Shown piece after piece: positions 10,401-16,961 of a stretch of 25,565 nucleotides of DNA. Numbering within the stretch: the stretch's first letter is position 1; every line of letters begins with the position of its first letter. The DNA lies in IMG/VR virus record IMGVR_UViG_3300049173_000004, positions 1 to 25,565 of that record. The stretch is one strand, 5' to 3'. The notes under the pieces were generated by a model that was not told the origin of the DNA, made no database searches, and worked only from the letters and a program-made list of their open reading frames with translations. Both the position numbers and the translations under genes were made by a program. The stretch is from a virus. Its lineage: Duplodnaviria; Caudoviricetes.

Positions 10401-12890
10401 TCAACAACAAAGAAAACATCATCATCTGTATTAAAACGTGGCTCAAAAGGTGAAGACGTTAAAACACTTCAAAAGAAACTAGGCATCAAAGCAGACGGTA
10501 TTTACGGAGCACAAACAGAAAAAGCGGTTAAAGCTTATCAGAAAAAGAATGGTCTATCAGCAGATGGAATTGTCGGTGCAAAAACAATGTCTAAGATGGG
10601 TATGACATCTAGCAAAGGTTCATCAAGTAAAACACCAACAAAGACAACAACACCAGCACCAACAAAAGCATTAACACCAGTGCAAATCCTTGGTAGTACA
10701 CCAGAACAAAAGATTAAAGATGTTACAAACAGTATGAGTTTACTTGAAGCGCAAATGGCTGACTTAGATAAAACATCATTGAAATACAGAGACTCCACTA
10801 AGAAATTAGCAGAGTATCAAGTCCAGTTGCTTGCTCTACAAAAATTAGACTTGTCTACAACTCAAAAACGTCAGACAGAAATTGAAAAGAAAATGGGTGC
10901 GATGGGCGACCCTAAGAAATTATCCGAAGAAAAACGTGAAGAATACAATACTCTGAAAGATGAGTATGCAAACAACGCGGATAAGATTGCAAACTTAAAA
11001 TCTACAATCGAACAAACATATGATGCTATCGATGATAAGTTACTTGAAATCTTCACTAGTTACATCAGTGAAATCACAACAAAATACGACCAGTACTTAA
11101 AAGGATTCACAGATAGAATCGATGACGTAGAATTTAAAATGAACGTTCAAGCAATCACTGACCCAGACAACAAGAAAGCATTACTAAACAATCAAATCGA
11201 TAAAGCTAACCTCTCTAAAGAAGCTCAAGCTACAGCCTACAACAAAAAGAACAGCATGGAAATCCAACATACAAACGCTGTTAAAAAATATGGTTATCAT
11301 TCTGAACAGGCGAAAGCTGTACGTGCAGAATTAGAGCAAGCTAGAGAAGCATACGAAGAGTACACATTAGCAGTATTAAACGCTGAAAAAGAAATTAAAG
11401 ATACTCGTGGTGCAATCGCAGATGAGGCTATCGCACAGCTTAAAGGTTACTACGGTAAAGTGAAAGAAATGGCGACAAGCGCTATCGATAAACAAAAAGA
11501 AGCAATGCAAAAAGCTCACGATGATGAGATGAAGCTCTATGATGAAAAAGTCAACAAGATAAACGCGGTTTATGACGCTGAAATGAGTAAGCGTGATAAG
11601 AAGAAATCAGAAGATGATTACCAGAAAGAGCTTGATAAGAAAAACGCTAAGAAGGCTGAATTAAGTAATAAAATCGCACTTTTATCACGTAATGGCTCTG
11701 CTAGTGATAAAAAGAAAGTAGCGGACTTACAGAAAGAACTTGATGATGTAAACGAAGAAATCCTAGATTTCACAACGGCTCGTCAAGACGATTTATTCAA
11801 ACAAGATATGGATGCTCAGAAAAACAAACAGATTCTAGATATCACTGGCGGATACGATGAAAACGGAAACCTAGTTGTAGGAGAGAAAGAAAAGAAACAA
11901 GAAGCTCACGACAAGGCAATGGAAGAGCTAGATAAAGAGAAAGAAGCTATTTCCAAGAAGTATGACGACATGATTAACGATGAGAAAAAATGGGCTGATA
12001 TGCGTAATGAAGCTACTAAAGGAAACTTCGCAACAATCAACACAGAATTAACAAACATGTCAACTAACCTAAACAACATGAATAAAGGAATCTTCGATGG
12101 CTTAACGGCTGGATTCAAAGGTTATGCAGAAGAAGCGAAAAAAGAGATTGCTGAAATGTTCGGTCTAGATATCGACAACATGATTTACGGTTCGAAAGAG
12201 CCAATCAGCGATGTCAAAGAAGCTCAAGGTGCGAAGAAATACGATGCTAATTCAGATGGTACGGTGAAGACAAGAGGTAAGAAAGTTGATAATCCTAAAA
12301 CAACTACACCACCACCAGCTAAAACACCAGACAAAACACCACCTAAAACATCAACACCACCTAAAGGAAGCACAGGAGGCAAAACACCTACGACGAGTAG
12401 TCAGCGTCAAACAACCGCTAACCTAAACTTCCGTAAGACAGCAGGATACGGCAACAACATCATGCTGACAATTCCTAAGAGCGCGAAAGTTGAGTTTGTA
12501 GGAATGGAAAAAGGATGGGCTAAAGTTAAGTACAATGGTAAGACAGGATACGTAAGCAACGACTACCTCAAGAAATTCGACACGGGCGGATATACGGGTA
12601 ACTGGGCTGGAAACGATGGTAAGGTGGCTATGCTTCACAAGAAGGAGCAAGTACTTAACAGAGACGATACAAAGAACTTATTCAGTGCCGTGAAAGTCGT
12701 CGAACACTTTAAACACTTACTTCCAGATTTTGCGAATGGAAGTATTGATGGAAAGCTTGCTACGGCTGGCAACATCACAAACAATATCACTTATGGTGAT
12801 ATCAACGTAACAGTCGAAGGCGGAGATAAAAAGAAAGCTAAAGACATCGCAAAAGAAATCTTGACAGGAATGAAGAAGAAGGGTAAGTAA
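1482..12890 (+). CDS. Phage tail tape measure protein (3802 aa) with cell-wall hydrolase and cell-wall binding modules
   Basis: TTG start with RBS AAGGGGTG. TP901-type core (LDSAMTELRRV...NEVDNDYAIST...GNSLKTIYSR...AGRYQLSRFLALM, ~3390-4250), long coiled coils, and Trp-periodic repeats (~6500-8500). Modules: M15-like peptidase (SMHAYGRAFD...HTDHVH, ~9220-9530), SLT (IHRESKG...GLLQYIPQTF, ~9570-9910), LysM (~10095-10245), PG_binding_1 (~10410-10600), SH3b (~12405-12570). It lies directly upstream of Dit. Confidence 0.95.
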   Translation: MANNNGSNDLNMILKAKVVKLKVELDYKNSKLPKQVQDITKFLENKPVKLKVKLDGSIGELNKQLGTLSKTLQNSKSFKPLKIGVSIDVAGSAKTIKKDLRDIYDTVEDFNRKYGEQLRRMKQQTDKFNQTKGNVPMDAGVQNFNNIKRYTEQLKQAEQQLRSKFSDGKGLFSTAEMKDAQGNLRGFISSLERANGVVEKIRYEWNSEKNKFQVMDRQTVTNTEKNIQRAMQALENLQREIDKTGDESKQFQREYNALLREGKNGTLGMDAVKDLQTRLRNEQAIIQATKKENALLREQEKLVAEIVRERNKVKGNAQVSGDLTGLKNQLNSMKMSDFKDPNSANMLAEIKRQFNEVKQSYNDQIKKEKELINVQEKRKDIMSELRQISKTTDTRGGVLGGLNITEVKRLASTIRTMEDYIAVKRRMDEINRARKEIAINDKASAQLDKLRKAMLDWATATGKSVPAVEKRFDQLKRNMGSNLAQLTNETRKYVNQLNNFKLDMSLVREANSLVKDVSHVRVAKMVERNDVEGLKEYIGQLNKAKVSMLKLEEGANGVKRIRVQFESTGKTAKQLTYQIDDVTKKLRHLNSGETFNRNANLGIFEQLRVAMARVPVWMTAMTAFYGTIGSVRAMSNEILKLDSAMTELRRVASDSLNIESVFDGSVQMSKELGNNVHDVLGAVNELSRTFGDFNERQLLAITRTAVLMSNVSDLKVQEASDTLVGTMNAFNISAEESIHIVDALNEVDNDYAISTAQLATGLSKSASTAKTFGVSMEESVGHITAIGAVTMESGNIIGNSLKTIYSRITTLDKSQAVLQDVGVRLYDIGENGKEIRPVNDILEDLGKRWLRLSDEQRQNIGVQVAGRYQLSRFLALMNNWNMALQATNTATYSQGSAMRENAQRMKSFEARINTLKNSFTDLSRAVGDAVLSDGMMSVIRGLTELAGVAIKVVDTFGALPIALGAVSAVLLKMGVFEKVKDGIVSGLTAMQGAYTSTATRANVFATTMARSSAMAGAGFGAMRTQAVTALSAMGVAVKGFAVTFKAMLASTLIGGAFVALGIAIEKIMKLYNEKKQKEEELVKMNKKMVDSYRQSEDGLQGLAKKYEDLSNITNRTTEQQSELDGVTKSLAERLPTTVQFIDANGKAHLKSSEQIKKEIEAVKELSRQQAKLEQAKFAQKMEKQAQSFDNITEKIKKLNDEQKKLYENDGKSSLFAGLNDDVSGGKIDNKKAIEQNKLEILMAESEKTKAIQSTIKTIQEQTLAYFEANKQLGMLGEEQQKAIENFIGYNEAMLRNAKTPEQFKKSYQELFELGKDVGDVYVEAYKKMADGIDRNRHPEQLNEVKKSLNDIAKQVPQSFYTVTNSMGKVKKSSGEVQTGLKEIINVSNRVDAGDKNFKSLQKRLEKTGLSAEDAGYMLLNMGQQYGNTAIESEGFAQGLGEANAEMDSLNEKAMEAIDLLGDLFDVNKEQLAGIKSHIQAMELQVDIQGEGAKKSEKYLEHQKQIVDFLGISTTEYQKNKDEIFKTIEALETLDLSTYTTSDSFEGFVNKSEDLTDAQKNLLIEWSKTKGAKDILTGAHKDIQKSTEDTNKKLTEAQLKNAETFPNARVDKKDNGAVQNMKDIQDEGNKTNKWMTGFKKVMATAFRGLFPTMSFSFSGLANRGRNSLYQELGSLGGDIGKWFADIGKKTGGWLKAGFGGIGDYFGRFLTPKVKESLSGIGKSISDFFGGMGKKSKDGAKNMGQGFDDWVKKDGSVQRKIIDGTVKWTGIIVDWFKKLPSDIANSTKNMGAGIGDFFKDLPEKSAPSLERFYFATLDFFKGLPSKLSEGFQAVVNWVKGIPSYLAQGWDSVVEWFKGIPQRIVDGFTVWKENPLVGWIDSKREGISTAFEGWWVEISAWLVALPARIKAKIAEWGNLLEGFVESQNEENKRVYGEWLNNILGFFGGLPEKIGTELSKMGGTLSSFFTGKVPEIALGIATWWKPINDWFVGLIPKTFTAVSTWFSSFLTQLKGNASMIGGVMSEWWTPIGKWFSDLIPKSTEKLKTWWSSVWTSVTSNASNWATALGTWGTAIGNWFAGLPSATKGKFDAWLGNIGTWFSNGKETWSKRLSEWSTSVSSWFTNLPSKTKTGFDTWVNSISTWFSNAKERWSKRLSEWGTTISSWFTNLPSKTKTGFDSWVNSFGTWFNNTKKNWSANLDKWWGTIKGWFTGLGKRKEIEKSGSDMIDAVGKGIVKKKPAQLEKLSETILDTAEKVGAMALVLLLALGREMIERLITGIGKTVGALYNTWNKIKAWVIKTLANLAIDAFKKGKEILGKLVDGVASLISRWGKKWDEIKASAIKKMEEMIKSVVKMAKSLPEKIGDAISGAKEGATKGIKSLANFISDLVEKGLNKVIVGGINKVLDKMGVDEGKQLKDFKLPHFAKGTPNGKKHKGGHALVGEEGRELAYIPNKGVTMLGQRGAEIRNLPKNTSVLPNKETEQILTKYGFPAYKSGVGDFFADVGDAFTDPKKLLTKTWEKMGLNFNLPKGLYADVTMAGVSKVKDAGVDYVKNAYDEFMSMFDWGGGDSVPVGAGSGKGGMHPFVEKWYNQVKDRFGKTRFMGGYNNRNMVGGNSKSMHAYGRAFDIGGSKETMGQIAEWLRKNATNVQYVIYNHRSSKNGGAWKPYGGAGKNPHTDHVHADFYPPKGSGNNAKGAGQSAQAWKPKIIQASKQMHEDMTGGQLKGIIAQIHRESKGNEKITQSSSLRDINVLAGNPARGLLQYIPQTFRTYAMRGHTNIYSGYDQLLAWFNNTNWRKDLPYGHSGWGPTGHRKYAKGGLIDKPHFGLVGEAGREYIIPVQNNRKEGLELWQQAGRELGVRPYAKGGAVGKPKLTYTAREGNTLSGIAKIFKTSVETLKKLNSGLAKLNKDSKLKEGQKVNVTGIIKDDDSFNSNSLLDPNRKKKGYVQAEDGSWVTSSTYKDPSYKASQKAGKPVSTTKKTSSSVLKRGSKGEDVKTLQKKLGIKADGIYGAQTEKAVKAYQKKNGLSADGIVGAKTMSKMGMTSSKGSSSKTPTKTTTPAPTKALTPVQILGSTPEQKIKDVTNSMSLLEAQMADLDKTSLKYRDSTKKLAEYQVQLLALQKLDLSTTQKRQTEIEKKMGAMGDPKKLSEEKREEYNTLKDEYANNADKIANLKSTIEQTYDAIDDKLLEIFTSYISEITTKYDQYLKGFTDRIDDVEFKMNVQAITDPDNKKALLNNQIDKANLSKEAQATAYNKKNSMEIQHTNAVKKYGYHSEQAKAVRAELEQAREAYEEYTLAVLNAEKEIKDTRGAIADEAIAQLKGYYGKVKEMATSAIDKQKEAMQKAHDDEMKLYDEKVNKINAVYDAEMSKRDKKKSEDDYQKELDKKNAKKAELSNKIALLSRNGSASDKKKVADLQKELDDVNEEILDFTTARQDDLFKQDMDAQKNKQILDITGGYDENGNLVVGEKEKKQEAHDKAMEELDKEKEAISKKYDDMINDEKKWADMRNEATKGNFATINTELTNMSTNLNNMNKGIFDGLTAGFKGYAEEAKKEIAEMFGLDIDNMIYGSKEPISDVKEAQGAKKYDANSDGTVKTRGKKVDNPKTTTPPPAKTPDKTPPKTSTPPKGSTGGKTPTTSSQRQTTANLNFRKTAGYGNNIMLTIPKSAKVEFVGMEKGWAKVKYNGKTGYVSNDYLKKFDTGGYTGNWAGNDGKVAMLHKKEQVLNRDDTKNLFSAVKVVEHFKHLLPDFANGSIDGKLATAGNITNNITYGDINVTVEGGDKKKAKDIAKEILTGMKKKGK
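7764..8060 (+). repeat. 132-bp (44-aa) tandem repeat inside the tape measure gene
   Basis: TWFSN.KE.WSKRLSEW.T..SSWFTNLPSKTKTGFD.WVNS units start at 7764 and 7896, and a third partial unit starts at 8028 (ACATGGTT at each, 132-nt period). Confidence 0.9.
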
Positions 12891-12915
12891 TTACCCTCTT
12901 CCTCCCTGTTTTTTT
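12875..12915 (+). terminator. Probable intrinsic terminator/attenuator overlapping the TMP stop codon
   Basis: Stem AGGGTAA/TTACCCT (12880-12886/12891-12897) with GTAA loop, extendable by GAAG/CTTC. A T7 run follows a few nt later (12909-12915). Confidence 0.55.
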
Positions 12916-12933
12916 AATAAGGAGAGAAAAGGA

Positions 12934-13701
12934 ATGCCAACGATTAAAGATAAATTATATTTCAATTTAGACGGTGTTTGGTCATCCGAATACGGTTTAG
13001 TTCATGTTGTATTAGACGGTGGAATGTACGAAGAAAATCTTGGTGCAAATCGTGAAATCAATGAGAAGAAAGTAAGAAACAATCCAAAGCCTTTATTAAA
13101 TGGTGTAGAAGAAAGTCCAATAGAATTTGAGATGTCAATTGCATTTAAAGATGATTATACAGACGAACTTTTAGACCAAGTTATTAGATGGCTATTTAAA
13201 GATTATTATAGACCGCTTTATTTCCAAGGAGCAGAAAATAAAGTATTCCGTGCAATGGTAGTAGGACAGCCACAAATTGTACATAATGGTCTTCAACAAG
13301 GATATGTGAATCTTTCAATTAGATGTGATTCATCCAACGTTTATTCACCTACAAACATTACACCTATGTATACGGTGTCTGGAACAAAAACCATTACTAT
13401 GAATAGTACGGGTCATGTGGATATATACCCAGAAATCTCAATCTTAAAAATCGGTAACGGTACACTCAAAATTGAATCACTTGATGACATGGGGAATACT
13501 TTCTTGATTAATAATCTAACCAATGGTGAAGACCTTTACCTTAATTGTCAAAGAGAAATAATTACAACAGATGCAATCGGTGTCTATCACTTTGATGACG
13601 TAGTTGGAGAATACCCTCGTCTTATTTATGGAGCTAATCGTTTCAAAATAACGGGAGATTGCAAGATACAATTTCGCTATATTGACAAATACAGATTTTG
13701 A
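12934..13701 (+). CDS. Distal tail protein (Dit; SPbeta YomH-like, Sipho_tail)
   Basis: 255 aa directly after the TMP. Dit-like features: YFNLDGVWSSEYGL, WLFKDYYRPLYF, CDSSNVYS, IYPEI, PRLIYGANRFKITGDCKIQFRY. RBS AAGGAG. Confidence 0.88.
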   Translation: MPTIKDKLYFNLDGVWSSEYGLVHVVLDGGMYEENLGANREINEKKVRNNPKPLLNGVEESPIEFEMSIAFKDDYTDELLDQVIRWLFKDYYRPLYFQGAENKVFRAMVVGQPQIVHNGLQQGYVNLSIRCDSSNVYSPTNITPMYTVSGTKTITMNSTGHVDIYPEISILKIGNGTLKIESLDDMGNTFLINNLTNGEDLYLNCQREIITTDAIGVYHFDDVVGEYPRLIYGANRFKITGDCKIQFRYIDKYRF

Positions 13702-13715
13702 CAATAAGACAGAAA

Positions 13716-13744
13716 TTGACAAATGCTAAAAATTATGATATAAT
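13716..13744 (+). promoter_or_regulatory. Consensus sigma-A promoter (copy 1)
   Basis: TTGACA (13716-13721), 17-bp spacer, TATAAT (13739-13744), with the extended -10 TG at 13736-13737. Confidence 0.85.
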
Positions 13745-13754
13745 AGGAGATATA

Positions 13755-14255
13755 ATGATGATTGGTGATGTACTATTTTTTAAAAAAGAAAATACATTTA
13801 TTTCAAAATTGATTGCAAATATCACAAGTAGTGAATATACACACGTTGGATTGATTGTCGCGTATGACAACATGACAGGTGTAGCAACAATCATCGAATC
13901 TGACCGCTTTGTTAGGACACGCGTTTCCAGAGTTCAATTAGACGACAAGCATGTAGTCTTTACCGCTGGAGATTTGTCAGATGAGACAAGAAAGAAAATA
14001 GTCGACCACGCTTTTAAATCAATTGGTGTGAGTTATGACTATTTGCAAGTAGCTGGATTGTTCTTCTCAATGCTTTTTAAGGGAAAGCGATGTGCGCTAT
14101 TCAACAGTACAAACAAATTAATATGTTCAGAGTTAATTGACTTAGCTTATTATTCTTCTGGTGTCAAAAGAATATCGGTAGAGAATCTTGGGAATATCAT
14201 GCCTTCTGAGCTTATACGTTTTTATGAGTTAAAGAGCTTTGTCAAGGAGGTGTAA
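13755..14255 (+). CDS. Permuted papain-like NlpC/P60 cysteine hydrolase (YaeF/YiiX, peptidase C92-like)
   Basis: GDVLFF...ITSSEYTHVGL (His first)...IGVSYDY...LICSELI (Cys last) is the permuted catalytic order. The start is moved from 13698 to ATG 13755 (or 13758) because AGGAGA lies at 13745-13750 and the family motif starts there. Confidence 0.85.
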   Translation: MMIGDVLFFKKENTFISKLIANITSSEYTHVGLIVAYDNMTGVATIIESDRFVRTRVSRVQLDDKHVVFTAGDLSDETRKKIVDHAFKSIGVSYDYLQVAGLFFSMLFKGKRCALFNSTNKLICSELIDLAYYSSGVKRISVENLGNIMPSELIRFYELKSFVKEV

Positions 14256-14258
14256 AGA

Positions 14259-16925
14259 TTGTTTATTGATGTTGATTACAAGAAAAGATTAAAAGGTGCG
14301 AAATTCCATTTAGCAAGACCTAACCGTATTCCGATTGACGTAATCCATGAAAGATTTGAAGAATCCATTTCTGTAAAGCTAGGAAATATTGGAGAGCTAA
14401 GCTTTTCAATCCCTTATGAAATTGAAGATGCCAATACAGGAGAATACATAACTAATCCTCAAATTCACTCAATTAAAGAACTTATGCTCATAAGAGTTAC
14501 GATGGAGTCATTTGAAGAATGGTATGTCGTAAGCGAAATAAAGGAAGATAGCGACGATGATGAAGTCTTCAATGTAACAGCATTCTCTCTTGGATATGAG
14601 CTACGTAGAAAGAAAATAACAGGCATAGAAGAGGAATCAATTAACCTCACTCAATTAATGACCATGTTGTTAAGTGAGACTGTTTGGAAAATCGGAACAA
14701 TCGACCCTATGTTTGATGCTATGTTCCGCTCGTTTGAGTCTGGAGATAATACAAATATTCTAGACTGCATTACACAAGCGATTGAGACATTTGGTGCGTT
14801 GATTATTTGGGATACGATTAACAAAACGATTTCATTCAAAGATGCAACAAAGAATGGCAAGTTTAGAGGGATGATTGTTAAAGATGGTCAATTCCTTAAC
14901 ACCGTTTCAAGAACAAGAAGTACCGATGAAATGGTAACACGCTTCCATATGGAAGGTAGTGAAGGTCTAACAATTCACAGTGTCAATCCTACAGGTATGG
15001 GTTATGTTGAGAACTTTGATTACTTCATGCATCCATTTAAGCGTGATGCAAATAAGAATGTTATCCAGAGTTCATATTATATGTCAGATGCCTTGTGTCA
15101 CGCTTTACTAGACCAGCAGAGCTTATTGTTTGCGAATGCACCTAGAATTAAGACATTAAGTGATACACTCATTGCAAAGCAAACGGAATTGATTACAGAA
15201 CAATCTAAACTAGATGAGCTTAATAATCAATTAAAGAATCTAGAAGGGCTACTTGATACAGCAAAAGGTACAGAAGACAAAAAAGCAATCACGGATAGAA
15301 CAAATGATATCAACACTAAGAAAGGTCAGATTGCTACACAGGAGCAAGTCGTAAACTTAATCAAAGTGGCAATGGCAAATGCTGAATTAGAGTTAGAGAC
15401 GTTACAAAATCAAATCTCTCACGAAGCAAATTTCACACCTCAACTTGTTGAAGAGCTTGATTCGTATATTCTTGATGATACTTGGATAGATGACAATTAC
15501 ACAACAGCAAAAGACCTCTATGAAGAGGGTTTAAAGAAGTTTGAAGAAATTAGAAAACCAAAAGTAGTTATAGAAATTGAGATTGAAAATCTTTTAAACA
15601 TTATTGAAGAACAATACTACTGGGACAAAATCGTTATTGGCGATTTAATCAAGGTTAAATATCCTCGAATGAACATTGAGTACATGGCAAAAATCATTGA
15701 GATTACATTCAATTTAGAAGAGCAGACCGCTACTCTAACTGTTGCCAATAATGCAGATTTGTTAAACGACACAGAGAAGCTTGTACAGCTACTCAACCAA
15801 ACCTCGAATGCAGTTTCATTAGTCACAGCAAACAAATACAAATGGGATAAGATTAATGCCGTACAAAAAGAAGTAAGCTCTATTTTAACGAGTGAATGGG
15901 ATGCCACGAAGAATAAGATTACCGCTGGTGTCAATAACTCTGTTGAAGTAGGAAGACGCGGTATCATTATTAAAAATCCAGACTTTCCTCAAGAGGTTGT
16001 CATCATGCAAAGTGGTGTCATTGCTTTATCGATGGATGGCGGAGAGACATGGAAGACAGCTATTAAACCAGATGGTATTGTAGCAGAGCGGTTGATTGGT
16101 CAGATTATCGCTGGTCAAGAATTACTTATTACGAATAGTAGCGGTTCATTCACATTAGATAATAATGGTGCAAAATTTAACGTAAACTCATTTATCATTG
16201 AATCTGGAAACGGTACGAATGTTGTCGAGAAATGGCAAAGTGCTTCGGAGTTCATAGATGAGTTTAAGGATGATGGAATTATCACTCCTTATGAGAAAAA
16301 GATGTTAAAGATTGAGTTCGATAAAATTATCGATAAATACAACGCTTATCAAGTCAAGATAGATACATATTTTCCAGACCATAATGGAGCATATCAATTT
16401 ATCAATAATTATGTAAGCGCTTACCAAGCTTTATATGATTACTTGTTTGTTGAGCTTCAAGGAGATAAACCGCTCCTAGCAAGTACAAATATGGCATATT
16501 CTACACGAGTAGATAGCGCGGTATATGCATCGAAATTTAAGAGCTACGAAACATCTGAAACAGAACTAGATAAGCAGATTACGATTAAGTTTAAGAATCA
16601 GCTTCAAGATTTAAAAGACCAGACTCAGAGTGATATTGAAGAGGTTATGAATGATGTAGCCTACAGTATAAGTCTTTTCTCTACGAATGGACTAATCTTC
16701 AAAAATGGGAATGTTCAAACAGATATCATTGCGACTGTCTATAAAGGCACACAGGATATCACAAGCACACTTTCCAACTCACAATTTATCTGGAAGAAAT
16801 TCAATGAAGGCTTAGTAGACATTGCATGGAATACAGCTCATGCAAATGTCGGTAATAGAATTACAGTGACAAAAGCGGATGTATATAAAACAGCAGATTT
16901 TCAGTGTTTTATTGATATCCCTTAA
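14259..16925 (+). CDS. Tal/baseplate-hub tail protein (SPbeta YomG-like, prophage tail endopeptidase-like N-terminus) with C-terminal helical and Ig-like extension
   Basis: Follows Dit. TTG start with RBS AAGGAGGTG. Motifs ELSFSIP, MVTRFHMEGSEGLTIHSVNPTG, IGDLIKV, DGGETWKTAIKPDGIVAERLIG are typical of this family. Confidence 0.88.
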   Translation: MFIDVDYKKRLKGAKFHLARPNRIPIDVIHERFEESISVKLGNIGELSFSIPYEIEDANTGEYITNPQIHSIKELMLIRVTMESFEEWYVVSEIKEDSDDDEVFNVTAFSLGYELRRKKITGIEEESINLTQLMTMLLSETVWKIGTIDPMFDAMFRSFESGDNTNILDCITQAIETFGALIIWDTINKTISFKDATKNGKFRGMIVKDGQFLNTVSRTRSTDEMVTRFHMEGSEGLTIHSVNPTGMGYVENFDYFMHPFKRDANKNVIQSSYYMSDALCHALLDQQSLLFANAPRIKTLSDTLIAKQTELITEQSKLDELNNQLKNLEGLLDTAKGTEDKKAITDRTNDINTKKGQIATQEQVVNLIKVAMANAELELETLQNQISHEANFTPQLVEELDSYILDDTWIDDNYTTAKDLYEEGLKKFEEIRKPKVVIEIEIENLLNIIEEQYYWDKIVIGDLIKVKYPRMNIEYMAKIIEITFNLEEQTATLTVANNADLLNDTEKLVQLLNQTSNAVSLVTANKYKWDKINAVQKEVSSILTSEWDATKNKITAGVNNSVEVGRRGIIIKNPDFPQEVVIMQSGVIALSMDGGETWKTAIKPDGIVAERLIGQIIAGQELLITNSSGSFTLDNNGAKFNVNSFIIESGNGTNVVEKWQSASEFIDEFKDDGIITPYEKKMLKIEFDKIIDKYNAYQVKIDTYFPDHNGAYQFINNYVSAYQALYDYLFVELQGDKPLLASTNMAYSTRVDSAVYASKFKSYETSETELDKQITIKFKNQLQDLKDQTQSDIEEVMNDVAYSISLFSTNGLIFKNGNVQTDIIATVYKGTQDITSTLSNSQFIWKKFNEGLVDIAWNTAHANVGNRITVTKADVYKTADFQCFIDIP

Positions 16926-16961
16926 ATATAAAAAATAATGGTATAAAAGGATGATTTTATT

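Noticed and set aside
12861-12891. TTGACA near the TMP 3' end as a Dit promoter
   Set aside because: There is no acceptable -10 at 16-18 bp spacing.
13698-13754. TTG start at 13698 for the NlpC/P60 gene
   Set aside because: No RBS precedes it and the extension spans a promoter. AGGAGA supports ATG 13755 or 13758.
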